From Octopus vulgaris (lineage: Eukaryota): 64,000 nucleotides of DNA. The translations under genes and the position numbers were made by a program. Each line of letters starts with the position of its first letter. Positions within the stretch are counted from its first letter, which is position 1. The notes beneath the pieces were generated by a model that ran no database searches, was not told the DNA's origin, and was given only the letters and a program-made list of their open reading frames with translations. Positions 53,639 through 64,000 of this stretch are shown one piece after another. The stretch lies in assembly GCA_951406725.2 (NCBI GenBank), contig OX597822.1:55924001-55988000 (forward strand), given 5' to 3'.

Positions 53639-53850
53639 CTGTGTTTGTTCCCCTAGCATTGCTTGACAACCGATGCTGGTGTGTTTACGTCCCCGTCACT
53701 TAGTGGTTCGGCAAAAAGAGACCGATAGAATAAGTACTGGGCTTACAAAAAGAATGAGTCCCGGGGTCGAGTTGCTCGACTAAAAGGCGGTGCTCCAGCA
53801 TGGCCGCAGTCAAAATGACTGAAACAAGTAAAAGAGTAAAGAGTAAGAGT
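53628..53850 (+). mobile_element. SINE family B 3' half
   Basis: Near-identical to 46500-46700; (AAGAGT) tail. Confidence 0.85.
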
Positions 53851-53969
53851 ATATATATATATATATATATATATATACTTATATATATATATACTTATAT
53901 ATATATATATATATATATATTATAGGAGCACTCCGTCGGTTGTGACGACGAGGGTCCTATATATATATA

Positions 53970-54816
53970 CAGGGTACAAAAAGTAAATTGTTAACATTTC
54001 ATATTTTTTATTTCACTCATGCACATTATTTGTTTTTGATTTTATCAACTACACTGTATAGTAGGGTCAGTTGGGCACTGTCTGTGAGAAAAGCAGCGCC
54101 ATGACACAAATCTGCCAGAAATTTGGAAATGACATGCTGTGGTGCTTGGCATTCGCGCCGGAAACTCCAATACAAATTGTTTAGAGTGTTTGGGTGTGAA
54201 TATGAGGACAGTGCAATCTGAAGACGTGATGAGAGTGATAATACTCAAACATCAGGTCAAAATTATGGTGTTTGGAGTGATCACTAGTGATGGTGACGTT
54301 ATGCCTCCAGTCATCTTCTCATACGACCTCACACTGAATACGGAGGCCTACAAGTGCTTGTGTCAAGAGAGTGGCTGTTGGAACACCCTATGTATGGCAA
54401 CAGGACTCTGCACCATTTCACACAAGTAGGAGAACTCAGTTGTCAGACAATTTCTGCGAACACATCACCACTAACATTTGACCACCTAACTCCCCAGACT
54501 GCAACCCCTTGATTATTTTATGTGGGGCGCAGTTGAGCGAGTGACCAATAAATCCTTGTAACAAGATAAACTGAAGGCAAAATTTATGGCAGTATTTACC
54601 AACTTAAAGAAGGAAACCGTCCAGAAGAGTCGCAAGAGATTCCGAAGTCTTCTGGAGGCCGTGGTTGAAGACAATGGCAATTTTATTGAATAAATTTACT
54701 CTTTAGTATTTCAAGATACTTTTATGCAATTTTGGTAAATATATCTGTTAAAATGAGATGTCAGTGTTATTTTCATTTTTGCGTAATTTAGACAACAATT
54801 TATTCGTCGCACTCTG
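53970..54816 (+). mobile_element. maT/DD37D element, internally deleted, copy 2
   Basis: WQQDSAP, PPNSPDCNPLDYFMWG; TA|CAGGG..CTCTG|TA termini. Confidence 0.88.
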
Positions 54817-55479
54817 TATACATACATATATATATACATACATACATACATACATAAATACATACATACATACATACATACATACATACATACATACATA
54901 CATACATACATACATACATGTGTGCCTTTATACGTGTGTTTGTGTGTGTTTTTATGAATACTGTATGCTTGTAATTTATGCTTATGTTATACAATATTCC
55001 CGTCAATTGATTTATGACGAAGAACGTAGTAGGAACCGAAAACAGTTCCTGATTATAATGACGCGTGGCACTTTCTAGGCGTAAGAACAATAAACTGTAC
55101 CTGATCATTCAATTGACTAAATCCATTGAAATGTTTACCCAAGCAGTAATATCACATATACATATAACAAGAATTTGATGTTTATTCTTTAATCACTAAA
55201 ACACCGAGAAAATTATATTTCCTTTCCATCATTAAAAAGTGTTCTATTATATTTTTTGTTATTTTCAAGTACTAAAAAAAAGTCTATTTTTATTCTATCG
55301 ATATGATCTTACTCTAAAAATATAATTGTCTTACAGACTTAACTTCTATTCTGAAACATTTCGTCGTGTTTTTTTTTATATTGTATTCTTTATCATTTTA
55401 TTTAAAACTCTCTTGCTTAAAGTAGATTTTTCCCTTGATCGGCCGAACAAAATGAAATGACGATAGAATATTTTTATTA

Positions 55480-56170
55480 TAAATTTTCAACAAAAGCTAT
55501 ATTAAAGGTAAAACAACATTGATAAGAAAAACATTACAAATCAGCTACATCAAAAACAAAACAACATTAACGAAAAAACTTTAAAAAAGGTTAGTGATTT
55601 TACTCAATCTAACGTGTAATCTAACAAATACTTTCACTTCACTGAAGAATTAAATCTAAAATTCTAGCATTAAATTGGCTGAACAAAACACGCAAAACAA
55701 AAACCCCAGATAAATATATAGAAAAAATTCATCAAATAAATAAGCACCAACATTACTATCATTCTCATCCATAACCAGTTTGAATACAATATTTTAAAGA
55801 AAATATTTAAAAATGTAAGCAGACTAGACAATGGAAAAAATACGTGTTTAGTTACATAAAACTTTTCAAACCAGCGTCACATGCAATATTTTTTCAAAGT
55901 GATGGCAATATTCAGCTGAACAATCATTTCATTTGCTATGAGTCTCATATATGTAATGTTGTGAATTGAAAAGATTCGATTAATGGAGATCAGCCATGCA
56001 ATAAGTAGCCGAAGCATTCTTGTAGGAGAGTGTCCAAAATCTAAAAAGAACACGCAAGAAGAGTAACTCAAATATGATCACCTAATCAAAACTTTTGAAA
56101 AGAAAAGACGATACAGATTGCAATGGATTTTATCTTTAAAACCAGATGGTACTAACAAGATGATGGGCAT
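55480..56170 (+). mobile_element. Highly degraded Penelope-like remnant
   Basis: Weak thumb and GIY-YIG-like features ending in WILSLKPDG.N. Confidence 0.4.
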
Positions 56171-56559
56171 GCCTCGGCTTAACCTTCACAGCGAAGAATA
56201 TGCATTTTACGTTGGAAGATGTAGAAAAGATCAGTATAGTGTAGTAATAGAGGGATGTGGTGATACTGATGATGAATGTAAATAAAATAGCTTAGAAGGG
56301 CACTTATCATAGAGACTCAAATAAGTTATAGACTGTAAACTCGCCCAAGTAGAAAAAAAAGGGTGGATACAAAATATGTAGTACGCATGAACATACGCAT
56401 ACACACATGCTAAAATAGCTAGTATATTTGTCACATACGGGAAAGCATATCATAGTAGCGTCTCACATGCTTTAACTAACTCTTGGAACTGCTTATGTCA
56501 TATTAAGAAGAAACTAATGTCATTTTGGCTCTCTTATCATTGATCCAGCAGATATCAAC

Positions 56560-57465
56560 GATGTGACGATTGGAAGAAAAGAGTCTGTGGCGCGCAGACC
56601 TCTACAAGATTGAAGCTCTTCGCCAACTTCAAGACACCTCCTTCTATTGCCCTCTGCCTCCCAATCCCACACCTAACTACCAACAGACTGTGTTCTCTAC
56701 TATCTATGACCTCATCTCCTTCTCCCGTTTTCTTCCCACCACCTCCAACCTCATTTTCCGCACTCCACACACCTCCATCATTTATTTCCTTCTCCAAATC
56801 CACAAGCCCAACAATTCTGGCCGTGGAAATCCCCTCTCCACTATCCACACAGCCCTTGCCAGAGCACGTTCCCTGCTGTGCCGTTGCTCTCTCTCTACCC
56901 ACACCCACTTTGCCCTTGCACGACTCCCGTTTCCCCTCACCTACTAGCCCTCCACCCTGCCTCTCCAAAACGCCATCCTCCAAGCCTTCCGGTGACTCCA
57001 GTCCGACCCCTCCACCTCGCACATCTATCTCTTCCTATCTCTTCCCTCCTTCAAACGAGCCCACAACCTACTGACCTCTTGGTCACAATTTCTACCCTAA
57101 ACCCACTTCCCAGCCTGACTAGTTCTCCTGCTCCCACCCACGCTGCCGCACTTGCCCCTACCTCTCCAACACCACCATACTCACAGGCACCCATTATATT
57201 CCCTATCATATCACCGACTCCTTTATCTGTACTTCTAGCAATGTTATTTACTACATCTACTCTTCCTGCCCTTCCCTGTACAACGGCAATGCCAACCCTG
57301 TCTCGCACTATTTCCCCTCTACCGGTCATTCACTACAACACCTGTGTTTGTTCGGCTTGTCTTTGCACAGGGGCCATCCGGACTGTCGCCTTCGCTGTGA
57401 ACAGGAATTAATCTTTCTTCGCTCAATTGCTCCACATGGGCTCAACTCCCCTCATCTCTTCCTCT
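56560..57465 (+). mobile_element. Penelope-like (Neptune-type) element with the RT core deleted
   Basis: WRADLYKIEALRQL..YFLLQIHKPNNSGR joined directly to thumb NPLSTIHTALAR; PCSHPRCRTCP, FICTSSNVIY, EQELIF..PHGLN. Confidence 0.88.
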
Positions 57466-58547
57466 GACTCCCCTCCTCTCCGCTCTTCACTCCTACCCAC
57501 CTCTCATCTCTTCCTCTGACACCTACTTCTTCTCTTCAGTCCTACCCACCTCTCCTCTCTTCCTCTATGACTTACAAAGGCCTTTGATTGCTTTCCAAGA
57601 GCTACTATGTGAAAGATTCCTCACGTTTTCGATGCCCTGATCACGTTATCTTTCTAGTTGAAGCAATGCATGCTTCGGCGTCGAAGGTTGTACACTTACC
57701 CATATCGAAAAACTGACTGCTTGAAGCTTACAAACTGTTATTGTTCCTGACCGTGCATGACCACTTTTTGTTTTCTGTAACTTCCATGGAATCCTTGAAG
57801 TTTACGAACGTCGAACAATTGGATCCCTGGGTGTGCTCACCTTATTGTAGGTATGTATCTAAATTTTGTACGACTCTTACTCTATCTTTTAGTTCCCCTC
57901 ATACTTCCACTTTTCTTTTTCTCGCTCCCCGTCTCTTTCTCACATTTATTGGCCCTCTCTTTCTCTAACTCCCACTTTCCCCCCATCGTTTATCTCCCCT
58001 GTACCTTTCCCTTTGTCTCTGCTGCCTTCAATTCTGCTGCCTCCTAACACTCTCTCCTCCTTCCATGTGACTGGTATCAGGCCAGCTATGATCTTTCTCT
58101 CTTGGCCTGACTGCCGACCGCCAATACCTCTTATGTCCATTTCCTATATTCCTGCCTTTAGGCTTTCACCTCGTACACGCCAGCTCACTTTCATTCGTTC
58201 TCAGTCAAAAGACACGTTATTATTTTCTTGTTGTTTGTATTTGGAATTGTGTACCATGGTCTCCGTTTTTTTTTTGTCTTTGTTGCCATACACACTCGCT
58301 AGCTTTCTTACAAAAAATTCTAATGCTCTTAGCTTGACTTTTTTGGGGACAACCAGATCGAACTTTCTCAAGTTTAACTGCCCGAAACAGTAAGGACTTC
58401 TGGTATACTTGAGTGAAGAAAGAAGGCCACGAATGACCCATCTTTTTCTGTCTGTCCTTCTAATTGTGGTTTCTCCTATCCACCTTTGTATCGTCTATCT
58501 GTCCGAATGTTTTACTGTCCTCTATTGCGTTTTTGTTTCATTATATA

Positions 58548-58643
<96 letters not shown>

Positions 58644-58855
58644 TGTATACATATGTATATGTATGTGTATATATGTATATATGTATGTACATATATATTT
58701 GTGTGTGTGTATATTTAAAAAAAAAAATTTTATTTCATTTAGTTTCAGCTCACAAGCTGTGCCATGCTGGGGCACCGCCATTATATATATATATATTCAT
58801 CATCATCATCATCATCATCTCATTCATTTAAGGTCCGTTTTTCTGCTGGTAAGAA

Positions 58856-59400
58856 TTTAGAAGCTTAGAGAGACGTGAAATAATTCCTTTTTTTGAAGAA
58901 ACGAATCTCGAAGCAGATAAGACTATAAACTTTAGCGTGTAAAATATTGAGTTCAAAGAATACCTTTTGGATAGAAGTCGAAGGATACCCAGGGGATTCA
59001 AACCCACATTCTATAAATATGACCACTGGACCGAAGTGATCCTTCAAATTTCTGTATCTGTTTTGCCAGCAAAAATAGTATGTAGTTGACACCATAAACA
59101 TTTAGAAACTTCGAGAGACGTGAAGTAATTCGTTCGGAGAAAGCTGAAACTCCACCCAGATATAGTTATGTATAATAAATTTTCTAAGATTAATGGAGAA
59201 ATTCAAGGGATTACTTTGTTCCAATGGCAGAACACATGTCTTGTTTATAAATGTGGGTTCCGAGTCACACGGACAGCCTGCGACATTTTTTTCTGAAGAG
59301 GTTTTAGCACAATAATTATGCGCTATTATTTATAGCTTTATCTACTTCGAGTTTCATCGATCCAAACAAGAATTACTTCACGACACTCGAAATAGCTAAA
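58856..59400. repeat. Degenerate foldback (~175-bp inverted arms) with a partial tandem copy
   Basis: 58856-59030 matches the reverse complement of 59235-59400; AGAGACGTGAA.TAATTC repeated at ~58869 and ~59114. Confidence 0.5.
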
Positions 59401-59581
59401 TCCTTATGACATCAACAACGTACAGTACTCTCTAGTAAGAATAAAGTTTCTAGAACGAATACAAAAATTGAGAGAATTGCTTTAGACCAACACCAGCTTT
59501 AACCGCTTTGAGTTGCGTCGTTCAAATAAAGGATGTATGTATATTTGTTTGTATGCATGTACTTGTATGTATGTGTGTGTG

Positions 59582-59650
<69 letters not shown>

Positions 59651-60481
59651 TCGAGAGAGTGTGCGTATATCCCATAAATAGCTGCATGTGTCTGCATATT
59701 ACTGTTCGAGTATTTTCAGACAAAGAAGAAAAAAGTGAAACAAAGATTATACCTGTTATTTCAGAATATTCGACTTGCCTCTTCTTGAAAATTGGGATCT
59801 AGAGTTCCGTATAGCAAATTATTTGCGTTAACCATCTAAACATGCATAGCACTTGTTCGCAATCATTGTCTATTTCTACTTCGAAACAACACTCACTACT
59901 TTTTTTTTCTATTGGCAGTGCATTGGAATTATAGCCTGTAATAAACACTCTCAGATACTAAAAGAAACAAAAACGAACAGGTCTCTACTTCCCAGCAAAT
60001 CATTTAAAATTCACAGTGTTTATTAGATAGCAAAAGCATCAAAAGTACGTTGGCTGATGGAAAAGAGAACAGCTATCAGAATCTTACCTGTTACAATAAC
60101 TATTACAAACTGCTCTTTATAAGTTTGCTACAATTTCTACAGAAGCTTTGATTACCTGACAGTATCTTGCGTGTAATCTTCTCCAGTTTCGTTTTGTTTT
60201 AAATTTCTTGTGGTGTGAATATATAAGTAGATTCAACATTCTTTTTTTCCGTTTATATTTCCTATATACTGCATATTTTTCTCGGTTGTAAGTAGTTGAA
60301 TTAAGATGAGTACTATGTAAATGAATGTAAGTTTTATGCATACTAATAAAAGTTACAAATTTGTGTAGGAGGATATCCTTGATGTAATCTACCACTGTAA
60401 ATATTTATTTATTTTATCGATCCTGAATGGAAGAAAGCCACTAATACAGATCCAGTAGGAAAATGCATTTCTTATATTATA

Positions 60482-61280
60482 CGAGCAAAACGACCCCGTC
60501 CAATGGACGGTGCTGAGTTGTCAAACATTTAAATCAAATTTTCTCAAAACAACTTGTCCGACCGTCCTATAGGCCTTCCATTTGAGAAACACTGATTTAA
60601 CCTAAATTTGAGACATCAGCAAAAGAAGAAATAAAGATAGACTTTTTTTCTATTCCAAAGAAAAACGATTTTATTCGCATAAATATGCAACCGAAGAGTT
60701 TAAAGTGCCAGTAATGATAAGGCTGTTGACTGGGAGAACAGAAACATGGTAAATAATTTATTAGCAAAAAGATAGTATTTTCTTCCTTGTATAAAAAGCA
60801 ATCTGTGTTTTCTTTTCATTAAAAAATAATTAAGCATGCCTTTATTTCAATAAAATTTTTGGTTTTGTTAAACGAAGTTAGGCAAAAATAAACTTCTTGA
60901 GAAACCAAATAGTCTTTCTTTCCTTCATGCCAAGTTTGAAGAAAATATCTCTTTTGCATCTTACTTTTTTGGTCTCTTAAATATACTGCATTTTGTGGCA
61001 TTATTTCAAGCCTGCCGGCTTTTTTTGCGAAAACTGCACATGCATTTTTCTCGCGTACGCGTAGTATCGATCACAACTACTGATGTACTTGCGCGTACAA
61101 ATGCACGTTCCCACGGCTTTATCGATCACATTCTCACCTGGAATCGATTTTTGTAATTTTTTCAAGACTTATATTCACCCTAATACCTTCGATATCTACA
61201 TATCAAATTTGAGCGCAATCGGATGGAGGATGCCCGAGATCCTAAAAGACAGACAGACAGAACGAATTTTATATAATAGA
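60482..61280 (-). mobile_element. Helitron family H2, copy 3 (longest)
   Basis: Same termini and hairpin; A|T insertion site. Confidence 0.82.
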
Positions 61281-62538
61281 TTGTGTACAATAATTAGGGG
61301 AGGGTGTAGTTGCTTCAATAAACCCAGTATATGATTTTTATACATTCTTTCAATAAGAAGAATGTAATACACAGTCGATCACAGTTGGATTAGAACTCGT
61401 AATGTATAGGCGAATAACTATACACGGGAAAGTATTTTGGACGGTGCTCTACCAGTTTTGCAGTTGACATTCTCACTATGAATAAGAAACAAGGTCACAG
61501 CCTTATATTTTGACACAAGGTAAAATGAATTAAATCGGTTTCAGTAGTTCACAGATATTTCTTCAAATAACCCCGGATGAATAATTTCGGCTTTGGCAAT
61601 ATTCGAACGTAGAATATAAGAGAAAAAAAAATTACTCATGACAGACATCAGACCACAAGCATCTAGTTTTGACCTTACGTTGCGCACTTTTTTTTTTTTG
61701 TTACTCACACTTTTCCGTTTATGCTGATTATGCCATCGAACTGAACTTTTAAAGAGAGAAGCAATGGATATGTACAGAATATAGAAAACTGGTTTGTATA
61801 TGAATAGAGAATTAGAAGGCAAAACAGTGTGTGATATGTGATAGTATGACCGAATATATACGTATTTAATTATGCATGTTTATGTATATGGCATCTTATG
61901 GGTGGCAGTATTGTATGTATATGTATGTGTATGTGTCCCCATGGATACGATTATATTTGCATATGAATAGTGTTTTAAATGTATATGACAAAAACTATAG
62001 AAAGAAAAGAGAAAAATAATAAGGAGAGAAGCGTACATGAGCATGCAACCCTATCAACATATACATTCAGCATATATATTTTTTTGTGTGTACCCCCCCC
62101 CCCCCATATATATATATATATATATGCACGCACACATACACACATATGCATGTGTGTGTGTATACAGGTTTATGTATTTGGGTATGTATATTACACAGTG
62201 GCTCGAGAGCGAAAACAAAACGAAAAAAATAAGGGCAAATGTGTGCAAGTGAATGTGCTATGCTTTGAAGGAAAGGAAGATATATCGCCACGGCTGACAT
62301 GTGAACATTGTCAAAACAGGAGAAGGCAGAAAGAAAAAAAGTTAAAGAAACATTGAACTTTAAGACAAAACAACACTTAAGTGGTGTTATCAGTGATATA
62401 GCCTGATATTAGACGGACAGTTCCAACGAACAAATAGAAAACCAATGTTGGAAATGCCCGAAAGTTAAGAATAGAAAAAATATTTCAAATTGCGTATTCA
62501 TATATTTATGTATGTGTGTGTGTGTGTTTTTTTTGTGT

Positions 62539-62569
<31 letters not shown>

Positions 62570-62571
<2 letters not shown>

Positions 62572-63200
62572 AGAAAGGTTGAGTTCGAACATATGTATGT
62601 TTATGAGAATTCTGTGAGGGCGATTTTGATCGTGTGGAAGGTGGTGCTCGATACCTAATAGAGCACCATGTATGTTGCATATGTCAGAAAACTGCTAGAT
62701 GCAGGTATCAGTGGTCTAGATAATTGAAGTTTTGGTTGACAGGTTTTGGCAACCTGATGTTCTATCGCCATTCCGTTCCCCTAAAACATTCATTTGATTA
62801 AGTGAAGTTGTGGAGAAAACTATGATAGGTTGGTAGCGGTTTATGTAGGTTTAAAATGAGATGGTTTGTGTATCGGTATGTCTGTATATGTGCTCGTGTA
62901 TTGAATAGTTATGTCTATATGCCACTTCAGTATGTTCAATCTCTGAGAAAGCATAGATGTTTAGAATAGAGTACGTGGTTTGTGAGAAGGGTGTTGAATA
63001 TGAGAGAATGGAATGCTATGAGGTAGGGCGTTATTCAAACTCGAGGTGTGGATTAACTGAGGTGGAAGATGAAGAACTATTCTTTTAGTCAGCGAAAAGT
63101 AGAGAATCTGTGATTTGAAATAACACTACAGACTGAGAAATGGGAAATGGTGAGCAGGGGTGAGTTGAAGTTTTATTCAACTGGTACTGTGGTGTGTTTT
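62570..63200 (-). mobile_element. Degraded LINE (Jockey/I/CR1 group) RT N-terminal remnant
   Basis: Minus strand C/A-rich coding-like sequence with traces of IPKP and YRPI motifs. Confidence 0.4.
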
Positions 63201-64000
63201 AGGCGAATGTTAGGTAAATGTTCAGTGATACGATCCTTTAACCTTCAGTTCTACCGACCTTTTAACCAATCAAAAAATTGAAACGCTTCAGAAAAATCCA
63301 GTTAGACAACAAATTAAGTATTTTGCAGTTCTCTATAAATTTCAATGTAACAATCTCAGAGTTTTCAAGATAACTTTGGAATTACCTCGATAACTGCAGC
63401 TATTGGTTTCTGACTCGTTTTCCAGCACTAAACTATGATTTATATTATCCTTTCTGTTATGATGAAAGGCAAATATGACCGCCACAAGATTTGAACACAG
63501 AACGCTGATAGTCGAATGTGGGGATGCCAGATTACTCTGACTATAAATAAATATGATCATTTATCTATAGTTGTTTGATGAGAGTCTACGCAAACAGTTA
63601 TCAAATATTCACAATTAAGATCTGTTCTTGAGAAAAGCTACAGAGAAAATCGACAAGATTCGGTCCATTCTTTCCAAGTGTCAGGATGAAAAACTCTGTA
63701 TTCAAACTCAAAGTTGGTATAACGATCTTCGTAATTGACTCGATTAACAGGTAAACCCATCTTAAACGTACAAGCAGCAGTTCACTGTAACTCCGCATGT
63801 GCACAAGGTTCAAAGAATTAAATCAGTAGGTGAAAATAGTTTGTTGCTCTGCGTGCATCTCAGCTATGCTGAGTGACGGCGCTACAGTCTCTGTGAGGTT
63901 TATCTTAAGCTGTTTGTGCCAGCTGACTTTCGGTACTGCATGGTCAAGAATATCTGGAAGCTGTCTATTTTCCATAGGCTAAAAGTAATTCAGATTACAC

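Overview
AT-rich, repeat-dominated eukaryotic DNA. The SINE families, Dong-like LINEs and very dense microsatellites suggest an octopus/coleoid cephalopod genome (inference from recall, not a search). No intact protein-coding gene is recognisable, and almost all listed ORFs are microsatellite or degraded-transposon artefacts. The window holds decayed R4/Dong-clade (RT + restriction-like endonuclease) retrotransposons stacked in (TAA)n arrays, mariner (DD34D), maT (DD37D) and pogo remnants, a Gypsy LTR remnant, Penelope-like (GIY-YIG) remnants, RTE and CR1-like fragments, non-autonomous Helitrons, MITEs and tRNA-derived SINEs. The most notable signal is a family of small non-coding elements inserted in (TA)n tracts that carry type I hammerhead ribozyme folds. 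The best copy (40.6-41.6 kb) is a 512-bp unit with a canonical hammerhead, a terminal tandem redundancy and an apparently perfect ~355-bp inverted copy, resembling a young retrozyme or Penelope pLTR-derived element. A collinear 474-bp relative at 44.6-45.2 kb keeps the hammerhead helices but has a replaced core. Two isolated minus-strand candidate exons hint that the window may be intronic.
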